Source: a virus
Strand: one strand, 5' to 3'
DNA: 64,000 nucleotides
IMG/VR virus record: IMGVR_UViG_3300045960_000093
Span: 4,211-68,210 of that record
Position numbers and translations under genes: made by a program. Shown here piece by piece: positions 37,733 to 47,149 of the stretch (the first letter of the stretch is position 1; each line of letters starts with the position of its first letter). Below the pieces are notes generated by a model. The model made no database searches. It was not told where the DNA came from and saw only the letters and a program-made list of their open reading frames with translations.

Positions 37733-40700
37733 CTATTCCTCCACCAGCTGCGGGTCTTCCACGTCGGAGAAGTCCGTCTCAGGATTGGTCCCCGTCTGAA
37801 TGCTGACCGCCAGGTTGTGCGACCGCGCCACGCCCTCTTGGGTCTGTGACACCCTCGGCAGATCCCTGACCACCGCCCTCGAGGTGGCCAGCAGGTTCCC
37901 TGCGTAGGACCCCGTCTCATCGGTCGTTCCGAAGAACGCTTCGATCTTCGCCGAAGTCAGCAGGTCCGCAGCCCGCTCGTACTTGCGGTCCAAGAAGGCC
38001 TCCAGCAGGTCGTCGATCGCCTTGACGGAGTCGACGGAGTACGACGTCAGGATGCTGGTCAGGTTGTCGGCCGCCGTCGGCACGGTCGCCGAGTACTCTG
38101 CGGCCCGCAGAGGCGTCGCGGTCAAGATGGACAGCAGGTCGGTCATCATGCGCTTGGTTTGGTTGCGCGACGACTCGAAGTTCTGACCCGGCAGCATGGC
38201 GGCCACCAGCGCATAGGCCAGCGCGTCCAAGCTCACATCGTACTGGTTCTTCTTGAGCAGGCTGCTGGAGGTCGTGAAGGTCACGAGCCGGTCATGCAGC
38301 GCGTTGTAGCTGCTCGAGGCCGTCCCAACGATCTCGAATCCAGCATCGACCAGGTTCGCCGGGACGCCAGAGGCCAACGTCAACAGGGTTCCGTTGGAGG
38401 CCAGCACCGTGTAGAGGTCGGCCCACCCAAGAATGCGTAGAACGTCTCCCTCGGCGACCTTGGTGAACGACAGTAGCTCCCCTTTGCGGTTGACGGCTTC
38501 GAAGCCACACAAGGTCCCCCGGTAGGTGTCGGCGACCAGACCCATCTCGGCCGGGCTCGACACGACCTGAACCGAAGAGCGGCTGTTGATCAGCAACGAA
38601 TAGATGAGGACCGTCTCTCGGAACACCCGATACCGCAGGCCTTGCTCGCTGGCAGAGAACGTCCCATCCATCTCGAGCTGGAGCTGGTCGTTGTTCACGT
38701 AGGAGATGCGGTAGCGGCCGGAGGCTGTCCCATCCAGGATCTCTACCTGGTCACCAGCCGCGACGCCCAGCGTGCTGTACAGGAGGCCCGACTCGTCTTG
38801 AACGACGTTGTCGTCGTACATGGATCGAAGCGTACCCTCGTACAGTACCTGCTCCTGCGTGGACGCCATGCCGTTGTACGGAAGCCCGTACTCGGTGATC
38901 AGCTCGGCCAGCACCGAGGCGGACAGGAAGTTGTTCAGGGCGTATCGCGGGTCCAGACGCTCTCCGAGCACGAACCCGAGCTCTCCATGCCCGGACAGAG
39001 CAACTGTCGTCGGCGCCCCGGCGGAAGGGAGACTGGGCTGTAGGAAGGAGTCCACAATCTGAAGATGCCGACGCCACCGGCTCCGCAGCTCCAACGAGAG
39101 CTTGGTCGGGTCGCCAGGGCTCGACACCGGGCGGACGTACCGCCGCAGGGACCACCACGGCATGTTGGTGTCTTCGATGGTGTTGATCGACGCGATCACA
39201 CTCGACACGCTGGACGAGGCGGATGGCAGCGTTGCGGTCTTCTGCGCGGGGCACACCTGAACCTTGGTGTTGGCCGTCGGAGAGACGCCCAGCGCCGGCG
39301 ACCACCACAGCCGCACGTTGGGGTCCCCGTTGTAGGTCGCGAAGATCGTCACCGTGTTGCCGGGGAACGTCATGCCGGCGTCGTAGTCGTCCAGCATCAC
39401 GGTGTTCCCCGACACGTAGGACAAGATCTCCCGGCGGTCCCCTGACGCATTCTTCACGTAGCCGCCCACCATGCCGGGGCTGAACACGCTCGTCGTGGTG
39501 ATGAGCTGGCCCGATGACGGCGTGTAGGACAACATCACGCCGGTGCCTTTCTGCGTGATGTCGGTGATGACTCGAGGGTACAGGTTGCTACCCGACAAGG
39601 CGCCACCGGTGTCTCGGAACAGCAGCGGGGCCCCAAGGTGCCGGAACCCCAGCCACATCCCTGAAGCTCCTGGAGTGAACAGGCAGGAAGAAGTTGAGTA
39701 CACGGTGTTCACCGTGCCGTCGTAGAAGTTGGGGTCGAGCAGGACGTGTAGGTGGTTGTTCAGGGTATCGAGAGAGAACGGCTCTTGATTGCGCCCCACC
39801 AGGCAAGGGCCGCGCACCTGGTCGACCGGCACCGAGACTGAGCTCTCCCCGTTGAACGCCAGCACCAAGGGGGCCGAGACCGGCAGCGTCCAAGGCCCCG
39901 GCGCCGTCGTTACCTGTGCGGCCGACCCCGTGGGGCCCGAAAGGCCGCCCTCATCCAGGACCGTCGTGTCACCGACGGCTCGACCAAGATGTGACAGGCC
40001 TACCGGGACAGGGTCCACTGGGCTGCGGTACCGAACGTCCGACGGGTCCGAGAAGGTGCCGATGATGTTGACCGCCGACTTGTTGGCGAGCGCCTTGAGT
40101 AGCGTGCGGCGGCTGGCCTCCAGGTTCTGTGCGCCGGTCGCCGTCTCGGTGAACGCCATCATGTCGTCGAGGTTCTTGCGCACCCCGGCGAGCGCGGCCG
40201 TCGAAGCCTTGGAGGCGATGTCCAGCGCGTTGAACGAGGTCAGCAGGTCACGTAGATCGGTGACGGCTGGCAGCAGGCGGTCGTGCATCGCCTGAAGATC
40301 CTTCAAGTCGGTCTTCAGGATGGTGCGGGCCTCCTCCTTCGGGTGCACGAAGTCCTGCGTGCGCTGTGACACCGTGTTGCCGTAGAACTGCGCCGCGTAG
40401 GATGCCATCTGCCGGTCGAAGCGATCGGTCTCTGGCCGGCCCGTCAGGCTCTGTGCGGCATCGAGAGCCAGAACGGTCGTCTTGGCGTTGGACAGCGTCG
40501 TCGTATCGGTGACGGGCTGACCGCGCTGGCTCAGGTCGTCCAGTGCAACCAGCATGTCCTCGACCAACGCAACCTCCTGGGTCACGATCGACCGGAGCTT
40601 GTTGGCCGCCAGCTGCGCGACGTAGAAGATGCCGTCGGGGGCGAACAGGAACGTCAGCGACGCCATGTCGAGGAGCTGTTCGTACTCCTCACGGGTGTTG

Positions 40701-40789
40701 AGGTTGCCACCGTTCCTAGACGGAGTGAGCCGGGCTCGAAAGATCAAGGAGAGCTCGTTGAGGAGCTCGGCATCCGTGTAGATCGCCAT
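37733..40789 (-). CDS. Large virion structural protein
   Basis: 1018 aa; helical termini flank repeated beta modules (GVAAGDQVEILDG..GRYRI). Confidence 0.7.
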   Translation of the reverse strand: MAIYTDAELLNELSLIFRARLTPSRNGGNLNTREEYEQLLDMASLTFLFAPDGIFYVAQLAANKLRSIVTQEVALVEDMLVALDDLSQRGQPVTDTTTLSNAKTTVLALDAAQSLTGRPETDRFDRQMASYAAQFYGNTVSQRTQDFVHPKEEARTILKTDLKDLQAMHDRLLPAVTDLRDLLTSFNALDIASKASTAALAGVRKNLDDMMAFTETATGAQNLEASRRTLLKALANKSAVNIIGTFSDPSDVRYRSPVDPVPVGLSHLGRAVGDTTVLDEGGLSGPTGSAAQVTTAPGPWTLPVSAPLVLAFNGESSVSVPVDQVRGPCLVGRNQEPFSLDTLNNHLHVLLDPNFYDGTVNTVYSTSSCLFTPGASGMWLGFRHLGAPLLFRDTGGALSGSNLYPRVITDITQKGTGVMLSYTPSSGQLITTTSVFSPGMVGGYVKNASGDRREILSYVSGNTVMLDDYDAGMTFPGNTVTIFATYNGDPNVRLWWSPALGVSPTANTKVQVCPAQKTATLPSASSSVSSVIASINTIEDTNMPWWSLRRYVRPVSSPGDPTKLSLELRSRWRRHLQIVDSFLQPSLPSAGAPTTVALSGHGELGFVLGERLDPRYALNNFLSASVLAELITEYGLPYNGMASTQEQVLYEGTLRSMYDDNVVQDESGLLYSTLGVAAGDQVEILDGTASGRYRISYVNNDQLQLEMDGTFSASEQGLRYRVFRETVLIYSLLINSRSSVQVVSSPAEMGLVADTYRGTLCGFEAVNRKGELLSFTKVAEGDVLRILGWADLYTVLASNGTLLTLASGVPANLVDAGFEIVGTASSSYNALHDRLVTFTTSSSLLKKNQYDVSLDALAYALVAAMLPGQNFESSRNQTKRMMTDLLSILTATPLRAAEYSATVPTAADNLTSILTSYSVDSVKAIDDLLEAFLDRKYERAADLLTSAKIEAFFGTTDETGSYAGNLLATSRAVVRDLPRVSQTQEGVARSHNLAVSIQTGTNPETDFSDVEDPQLVEE

Positions 40790-41269
40790 TTACGCCGTCG
40801 CTTGCCACTGTACCTTCGGGACCGTGAACAGGAACGTCTCGCGGCGGATGACCTTCGGCTTCAGCTGCTCCCGGTAGCTTTTGGCGTACTTGTAGAGGGG
40901 AAGAAACGGTGCCGCGAAGTTTTCGCTCTTCCACCTTTCTGTCTGCTCGGCGGTTGCCGAGATGACGTCGAATACGAACTCTTCGCGCACCTGAGAGGTC
41001 TCGATCTTCTTGACGTCGGCGCGGGTCAACGTCGTCACCTTGCGACGCAGGTAGTCGGGGTCCCACCCGAACAGCTCGCAGACCTCATCGAACGCGAAGC
41101 CGTTCTCGTACCTCTGGTTCGGGGTGAAGATGTACTGGAAGGCGCGCTTCCATTCGAGCGAGTGCTGCCGCACCCCACGGTACAGCACGTAGTCGAACAC
41201 CGCTCTGCGCAGCACGGAGGCCCATAGCATCTTGTCTTCGAAAGGGACGTTGCGCGCGTACACGTACAT
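40790..41269 (-). CDS. Helical hypothetical protein, possible DNA-binding regulator
   Basis: LWASVLRRAVFD...FAFDEVCELFGWDPDYLRRK HTH-like segment. Confidence 0.55.
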   Translation of the reverse strand: MYVYARNVPFEDKMLWASVLRRAVFDYVLYRGVRQHSLEWKRAFQYIFTPNQRYENGFAFDEVCELFGWDPDYLRRKVTTLTRADVKKIETSQVREEFVFDVISATAEQTERWKSENFAAPFLPLYKYAKSYREQLKPKVIRRETFLFTVPKVQWQATA

Positions 41270-41270
41270 A

Positions 41271-42545
41271 TCAGGTCACCGTTATTGTTGGGGTTGACGG
41301 CAGGATGACGAGATCGGGAATCGGAGGAGTGCGGGGAGCCGCGGTACCGGTGCCGCGCGTCACCACGATGTCCGTGGTGCCAACCCCGACAGGCGAGACC
41401 AGGAGATGCCCGTCGTCCGTCACCTGTACGACGGCCACGGTTTCGTCGACCGTGAAGACCAGGAGCGCCGACAGCGCCTCCTTGCCTTCCACGTTCTCTT
41501 GTTTGTTGGAGGCGGTGACCGTGAGGGTGAGGGTCGCCGAGGGTCCGCCGACGACCAACGGGATCGAGGTCTGGTCGAACTCGATCATGGTGACGTAGGG
41601 GTACAGGACGTCGACCAGCAGCGCGCCGGCCTCGTCGGGTACCCAGATGGACGCCAGCGGGTTGGTGAAGGGCTCCGACATGCCGGCGATGAAGACGTCG
41701 AAGACGCCGCGGCGCGGGAGCGAAAGGTCCGCTGAGCCGTTGGAGTCGGTCTTGGCCCGCACCTCGGACAGCACCATGCTGTTGCCGATGACGCTCGGCT
41801 CTCCGCTGAACGGAAGGCCACTGATGACGCGGCTCGGGTAGCCCTCACGAGGGCGGAACACGAGCTCGAGGTCGCGGATCGGACGATTCGCCGAGTCGAC
41901 GAACTTGCCGGTCAACCGGCACATCAACGGGTCCCCGGAGACCGGGAGCACTTCGGGCACCACCAGGAAGTCGAAGATGTTGGTGTTGGGCGGTGACACG
42001 GGGTCCAGGACGTAGATCTCCTGGGTCGTCCCGTTCGGGATGTTGCTGCCCAGCGGAGGATAGAGACGCACGACGTACCGCAGTCCTGGCGTCGCGGCGC
42101 CGACGAGCACGATGTCAGCCTCTCCGTTCGCGTCGGTCTCGAGCTCCGTGACGAAGATGTCCGAGGAGTCGAACAGCCGAAGTCTGACGCCCTCGACGGG
42201 GTTGGGCGTCGGCACCATGTCGTCTTTCGTGACGAGCCGGACCTGTTGGCCGCTCATCCCAACGTGACCTACGAACTGGTGGGTGACCGGGGTGCCCGGC
42301 GGGTCCACGACCGAGATGTCGAACCAGTTGTTGGGGCCGAAGGCCGAGCCCTGCTTGTAGAGCTGGACCTTGTACGCGGTGCCGCCGGCGCTGCCGTCCA
42401 GCGGGAACATGATCTCCCCGGCCCCGTCCGTCAGGCCCTCGGTCAGGTAGGCCAGCGCGGGGGTGAAGAGCATGACGCGAACACCGGAGATCGCCACAGG
42501 GACGACCTGATCATCGACGGTTCGGATGGTGACCTGTACGCTCAT
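41271..42545 (-). CDS. Ig/transthyretin-like repeat structural protein
   Basis: Tandem PV.GVR..LF.......TD..G repeats; C-terminal Big_2-like segment. Confidence 0.65.
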   Translation of the reverse strand: MSVQVTIRTVDDQVVPVAISGVRVMLFTPALAYLTEGLTDGAGEIMFPLDGSAGGTAYKVQLYKQGSAFGPNNWFDISVVDPPGTPVTHQFVGHVGMSGQQVRLVTKDDMVPTPNPVEGVRLRLFDSSDIFVTELETDANGEADIVLVGAATPGLRYVVRLYPPLGSNIPNGTTQEIYVLDPVSPPNTNIFDFLVVPEVLPVSGDPLMCRLTGKFVDSANRPIRDLELVFRPREGYPSRVISGLPFSGEPSVIGNSMVLSEVRAKTDSNGSADLSLPRRGVFDVFIAGMSEPFTNPLASIWVPDEAGALLVDVLYPYVTMIEFDQTSIPLVVGGPSATLTLTVTASNKQENVEGKEALSALLVFTVDETVAVVQVTDDGHLLVSPVGVGTTDIVVTRGTGTAAPRTPPIPDLVILPSTPTITVT

Positions 42546-43489
42546 CAGACAGTCCTACGTGGTGCGGCCGGGAAGTTGACCTCTACCACACGGAACGGGT
42601 CTGGGGCAGCCCCGAGCTCCTGCAACAGATCGAACTCCGGTGTGTTGGGCACTTGAATCTCCCGGATGACCGAGGTGCCCTCGAACACGACCTTGATCTT
42701 CAGGCCGCGCACCAGCACGACCTCAGCTTGCCCGGCGTTGTCGGTCTTGATGGTGATGGGCTTCCTCGCCAGCGCGACCTGGAAGCCTTCGACGGTGAAC
42801 GGCTCGTGGATGGTGTAGAACGTGATCTCCTGGTCGGGGACCGCGACGCCGGCGCCGTCGACCAGCTTGACCATCGCCTTGCTTAGCTTGTCGGCCGTCA
42901 GCATCGTGCTGGCGGCGCCCTGGAACGGCTGCGAGTCCTGGCTCTCCAGCAGGTTGGTGGTGTTGAAGAACTGGGCCTTGTAGTAGTAGCCCGGCTCCCC
43001 GTCGTCATCCTGGTAGCTGTAGATGCCCTGTCCGGCGATGAGCTGGATGTGGGCGTCCTCTCCGATGTCCCGGGTCCCGGTAATCCAGCCGAAGTCCGCC
43101 GCGGCCGCGCCGCCCGTGATCTCGAGCTTCGACTTCGTGCCGGTGAGGGTCGACGTCAGATGCAGCACGCCGGCGATCTCCGACGCCACCGTGGCGCCGA
43201 CCGCAGCGTTGATCTGCGGCGCGACGGCCGCGGCCGACAACGGGTTCGTGCCGGTGAAGATGATGCTGACCTCTGGGTTCATGTCGACCTTGAGCTTCAA
43301 GGTCTTGCTGACCACCGACCACGGCCCCGCGATCGGAGGCTGAAGGTGCGCCGGCTTTGGCGACAGGTCGGTGATGAGCCCGTAGGTGCCGTCGATCCCG
43401 GTGATCGACCGCTTGATGCGGATGACGTCAAACGACGCCATGACGGACGTGACATCCGTTACCGTGATGGTCAGTTGAGTGACGCCCAT
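42545..43489 (-). CDS. Structural protein with Ig-like domains
   Basis: Coupled ORF; KTDNAGQAEVVLVRG. Confidence 0.62.
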   Translation of the reverse strand: MGVTQLTITVTDVTSVMASFDVIRIKRSITGIDGTYGLITDLSPKPAHLQPPIAGPWSVVSKTLKLKVDMNPEVSIIFTGTNPLSAAAVAPQINAAVGATVASEIAGVLHLTSTLTGTKSKLEITGGAAAADFGWITGTRDIGEDAHIQLIAGQGIYSYQDDDGEPGYYYKAQFFNTTNLLESQDSQPFQGAASTMLTADKLSKAMVKLVDGAGVAVPDQEITFYTIHEPFTVEGFQVALARKPITIKTDNAGQAEVVLVRGLKIKVVFEGTSVIREIQVPNTPEFDLLQELGAAPDPFRVVEVNFPAAPRRTV

Positions 43490-43497
43490 CGACTACC

Positions 43498-43767
43498 TCA
43501 CTTGCCTATGTTGGGCTTCAGCACCCCTCCGCCCGAGATGGTCGGAGGCGCGGCCGCCGGCGTTGTGGGCGCCGAGGCGCCGCCTGTGATGGCAGGGCTG
43601 GAGACACCAGCTCCGCTGATACCCGGGCCCGGTGGCGCCGCGTACGCCGAGCCTATGAGCTCCGGCTGAATGGATTCGCTGCGAGAAACGACCGGCCCAG
43701 CCCCAAAGACCTGCGCGCCGCCGGCGCCCAGCATCCACAGGTATCCGCGGGTGGCCAGTTGGATCAT
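43498..43767 (-). CDS. Small G/A/P-rich protein
   Basis: ATGA-coupled; LATRGYL N-terminus. Confidence 0.55.
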   Translation of the reverse strand: MIQLATRGYLWMLGAGGAQVFGAGPVVSRSESIQPELIGSAYAAPPGPGISGAGVSSPAITGGASAPTTPAAAPPTISGGGVLKPNIGK

Positions 43768-44504
43768 AGGACCTTCTTCAGGGAGAACCGACGAACCACG
43801 TTCAGCCCTGCGTAGGTAGCCTCGATGCCGTACTGTTGCGTCAGGCCCACGGTCTCACTGCCCCCCGGGTTGATCGGCACGTTGGCCGCAGAGTCGAAGA
43901 CCCGCAGGCGCGCCGACGTGAGCTGACCGAGTGTATCGTAGGTCTGGTTGTCCAGGATAGCGTTCTGGTGCAGCAGCCCCAGCACACGAGCGAGGTCGGC
44001 CGTCATCTGCGCCAGAGGAGCGGTGATCTCCGACGTGCTCTCGTCGAGTGCATCTCGGATGGCCTCGAGGCTGGCCATCGACTGCTGGAAGGTCTTGCTG
44101 CCGTCCTTGTTGAGGATGCGGTCCATGAGGCTGCCCGTGACGACCAGAGCGGGCGTCAGCGTGGGGGCCTGGTCGATCTTCTGAACCTGTGCGCGGGCCG
44201 CGACCGCAACGTCGTTGGTGAGCTCGTCGACCGAGGCGTACTGGGCATGCCAGATGTCCCGGTTGAACGAGATGGCGACCTGGAGCTCGTACACCCCCAG
44301 AGTATCGGGCGTGAAGCTCGTCTTGTACTCGCCCGTGGAGCCGATTTCGGAGATGGTGACCGGCAGGGCCTCGACGGCCCCGTTGACGAAGACGGTGCTG
44401 CTGAAATCCCCCGACCCTAGACCAGACCGCTTGGTGAACCCGTCATCCTCGAAAGCTGGAAACTGGTCAACGACTGGGGTGCCTCTCTCCACTTCACGGG
44501 TCAT
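43764..44504 (-). CDS. Hypothetical structural protein
   Basis: Coupled 246-aa ORF. Confidence 0.65.
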   Translation of the reverse strand: MTREVERGTPVVDQFPAFEDDGFTKRSGLGSGDFSSTVFVNGAVEALPVTISEIGSTGEYKTSFTPDTLGVYELQVAISFNRDIWHAQYASVDELTNDVAVAARAQVQKIDQAPTLTPALVVTGSLMDRILNKDGSKTFQQSMASLEAIRDALDESTSEITAPLAQMTADLARVLGLLHQNAILDNQTYDTLGQLTSARLRVFDSAANVPINPGGSETVGLTQQYGIEATYAGLNVVRRFSLKKVL

Positions 44505-44851
44505 TGACCATTCTTTACCGCAAGATTGAGTGCAAAGGCTACATCATGTAGCGCACCGCTGACCTCTCGCATCCGTCGCCGGCGGTGCTCTTTCCAGAGG
44601 TTCGAGACCTCCTTGGGTTTCAGCTTCTTGCGTTTGATCTCCTGTTCGATCAGGAGCTCGTCGAGCTGCGGTTCCGTCAAGACACCCTGCTCGAGCAGGA
44701 TCTTCCCCAACGGCAAGCGCTCCTCTTGCTTCCTGAGCGCGTCCGCAACCTGCTCTCGGGTCGCATAGCCTTTGGCTATCGCCAGGTTTCCGATCGACGT
44801 TGGGTCCTTGTACGGGTCCTTCGACGAACCGTTCACCTTGGAGATCGACAT
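44501..44851 (-). CDS. Standalone MshEN-like (GspE/PilB N-terminal) domain protein
   Basis: Tandem 24-aa motifs SIGNLAIAKGYATREQVADALRKQ and PLGKILLEQGVLTEPQLDELLIEQ; RBS AGGAGG. Confidence 0.72.
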   Translation of the reverse strand: MSISKVNGSSKDPYKDPTSIGNLAIAKGYATREQVADALRKQEERLPLGKILLEQGVLTEPQLDELLIEQEIKRKKLKPKEVSNLWKEHRRRRMREVSGALHDVAFALNLAVKNGQ

Positions 44852-44861
44852 GAGGTTCCTC

Positions 44862-45104
44862 CTACCGCCGCGGGAAGCGAGTCTCGAGGGCCTCTTTGAA
44901 AGACCGGAGGGCATCCCGTACTTCGACCAGTACGGTAATCATGACCTTGCTCTCTTCTTTGTCGGCCGCGGCCTGCTCTTTGGCGTTCTGGCGGTTCTCG
45001 TTCCGCTCCTGCCAGTACGCCCAGCCGAGTACCGCAATGGCGAACACATAGATGCCGTGCTCCTTCAGAATCAGGCCGATGACGTCCCAGGTCATATTGT
45101 GCAC
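44862..45104 (-). CDS. Small single-TM protein (holin-like)
   Basis: TM GIYVFAIAVLGWAYW followed by a charged helix. Confidence 0.5.
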   Translation of the reverse strand: MHNMTWDVIGLILKEHGIYVFAIAVLGWAYWQERNENRQNAKEQAAADKEESKVMITVLVEVRDALRSFKEALETRFPRR

Positions 45105-45163
45105 CTTTCCTGCTGAACAGAGCTAGTATCGCCCGCCACCCTCGAAAAGATCCAGAGAATTCA

Positions 45164-45667
45164 CTACTTCTTGATTTCCGGGAAGAAGTCTGGGTGCTGC
45201 TCGCAGTACTTCAGCGCGGATTCCGGATCGGTGTAGTCGGGGTCGAACTTGTCGGTGTCGGGAAGACGCTTCGAGGACTTGAACACCTTGACGGCGAGCT
45301 CGGAGCAGAAGTCACCCTTGGTGCTGTGGAACGGGTGCCGGATCTTGTGCTTGAAGACGCGCCAGATGATGAGCCAGAGGCCGAAGATCGCCAGGCCTTC
45401 GAAGGCGTACCACTTCCCGATCTCCTGTCGGTTGGCCTTGAAGCAGTCCTCGATGTCGAACCGGCACTCGAACTCCTTAACGATGTTGTGGCGCGACCGC
45501 TCGGCCGGTCGCTGGAGCACCATCGGCCACGTGGCCTCGGTGGACCACTCGCCGCCCCATGTGACCGACGGGTGCTGGAAGAAGCAGTGGCTGGTACGGC
45601 CTTTGGTGAGCCGGCGGATGATGCGGCCGATCCAGGTGTTGGAGGCTGTGAAGACGATGCGAATCAT
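45164..45667 (-). CDS. Permuted papain-like (NlpC/P60, YiiX/YebB-like) enzyme
   Basis: IGRIIRRLT...SHC (His first), IGKWY, FCSEL (Cys last). Confidence 0.75.
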   Translation of the reverse strand: MIRIVFTASNTWIGRIIRRLTKGRTSHCFFQHPSVTWGGEWSTEATWPMVLQRPAERSRHNIVKEFECRFDIEDCFKANRQEIGKWYAFEGLAIFGLWLIIWRVFKHKIRHPFHSTKGDFCSELAVKVFKSSKRLPDTDKFDPDYTDPESALKYCEQHPDFFPEIKK

Positions 45668-45927
45668 GTGTGCGCCTTTGCTTTCTTCTTCTTGGGCTTG
45701 GTGATGTGTTCGAGGATCTGGGTTATGCCCTCTTGGAGCTTCACCATCTTGTCGGCGACATCCGTCTCGAACCGCACGATCTCCTGCTGGATGTTGTGAA
45801 GGAGCTCCACCTGTTCCTCCCCTTTCTGCACGGACCGAGCCCGGCAGGCCTGGAAGTCATCCTGGAGAACCAGCAAGCGCGGATAGATATCTGCGGGGTC
45901 CATCGAGCCATTACCGTTTGCCATCAC
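45664..45927 (-). CDS. Small coiled-coil protein
   Basis: ATGA-coupled; RBS GAGG; basic tail. Confidence 0.6.
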   Translation of the reverse strand: MMANGNGSMDPADIYPRLLVLQDDFQACRARSVQKGEEQVELLHNIQQEIVRFETDVADKMVKLQEGITQILEHITKPKKKKAKAHT

Positions 45928-45939
45928 GTACCTCGTGCA

Positions 45940-46152
45940 TCATGAGAATCGCGCCGTAACCGTGTCGATCGCTTTCCGTGCCTGCTCGATACACGTCCTG
46001 CAGATGAACACCCCTGTCCCACCGATACGAATGCCGCGAACCGCGGGAGTCAGCTTGATCTCGCAGACCCCGCAGTAGGCGTCCCCGCAAAGGCTCGTGC
46101 CGTTGGGTGGCCAGACCGTTAGCGGCGCGGCCTGTTGTCCAGCAGGTACCAT
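45940..46152 (-). CDS. ClpX C4-type zinc-finger-like protein
   Basis: YCGVC...IGGTGVFICRTCIEQARKAI resembles ClpX CSFC...IAGP.VYICDECV; AGGAG upstream of ATG 46152. Confidence 0.55.
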   Translation of the reverse strand: MVPAGQQAAPLTVWPPNGTSLCGDAYCGVCEIKLTPAVRGIRIGGTGVFICRTCIEQARKAIDTVTARFS

Positions 46153-46430
46153 ATGCCCAGCACTCCTATGACGCAGGTGAGAGGGTCCGAGATCCACGAG
46201 TTCCACCAAGACTCCGGGTCGAGCCATCGGTCAGGCCACAGACGGAACGCGACGAGCTCCTCGAACACCTCCCACCCGAAAGCGAACAGCAGGCAGGAGA
46301 ATAGCGCCACCCACTTGTTGACCTTCAGTCCCCACAAGCTAGAGCCCATGAAGACCCAGAACGCCAAATGCGGCAGCGTCCAGACGTCGAAGAACGAGTA
46401 CCCGGTGATGGGCAGCAACCAATGGAACAT
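46119..46430 (-). CDS. Small multi-TM protein with H...WE..E...ES..NS..D motif (DUF2585-like)
   Basis: DVWTLPH, GWEVFE, ESWWNSWISD within hydrophobic segments. Confidence 0.6.
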   Translation of the reverse strand: MFHWLLPITGYSFFDVWTLPHLAFWVFMGSSLWGLKVNKWVALFSCLLFAFGWEVFEELVAFRLWPDRWLDPESWWNSWISDPLTCVIGVLGIWYLLDNRPRR

Positions 46431-46432
46431 CG

Positions 46433-47149
46433 CTACACCGACTTCCTTCTGGCGATCGCCAGGTCCCAACCTACCTTCAAGGTCTTGCCGGCGTCCGCGT
46501 TGTAGACCGTCACGCGGAAGAACCACTCCGGCAAGATCCACTTGGGTTTGATGTTCTCCACGATGAACTCGCGCATCCCAGCATCCAGCACCAGGTGGAG
46601 GTCCGCGAAATGTCCGAGCTCGAGCTCGGCGTCGAAGAGGTTGTACTTGGCCTTCTGCGGCTCTCCCGGGGAGACCGTACCCTTTCCGATCCACGGGTCC
46701 GAGTAGTCCCAGAACCCGCTCATCGCGTTGGTCTCGTCATCGTTGGCCGGGACCGGTACCAGGGTGGTTCCGAGGTTCTTGCCGCCATCGCCGGCCGCCG
46801 GCACGATGATGTTGAACCCGTACGGCGTCGAGACCGCGTTGGCGTTTCCGTTGCCCGCTGCGTCGGTCACGACGGTTGCCGGCGCTCTGGCCTCCATCTT
46901 GACCCAACTGCCGTAGCCGCCGCCCACCCACATGAGATGGCCGCCGGCCAAGAAGATGCCGTCCTGGAATGAGAAGTCCATCGACGCGGTGCCGACGCCT
47001 TCCTTCGATAGGCCGAACAGGTCACCGGCGTACCGAACGCCGCCGGCGTCGCCGCGGCCTGCGAAGTTGAGCAGCACCTCTCCGGGGAAGATGTTGGGCA
47101 GGTAGAACGGCTTGCCGTCCGCCGCCACGGGACCGAATGACCCCATCAT
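46433..47149 (-). CDS. Hypothetical virion protein
   Basis: ATGA-coupled start MMGSFG. Confidence 0.62.
   Translation of the reverse strand: MMGSFGPVAADGKPFYLPNIFPGEVLLNFAGRGDAGGVRYAGDLFGLSKEGVGTASMDFSFQDGIFLAGGHLMWVGGGYGSWVKMEARAPATVVTDAAGNGNANAVSTPYGFNIIVPAAGDGGKNLGTTLVPVPANDDETNAMSGFWDYSDPWIGKGTVSPGEPQKAKYNLFDAELELGHFADLHLVLDAGMREFIVENIKPKWILPEWFFRVTVYNADAGKTLKVGWDLAIARRKSV

Noticed and set aside
45105-45163. Promoter upstream of 44862-45104
   Set aside because: A GATACT -10-like hexamer is present but there is no credible -35; too weak to call
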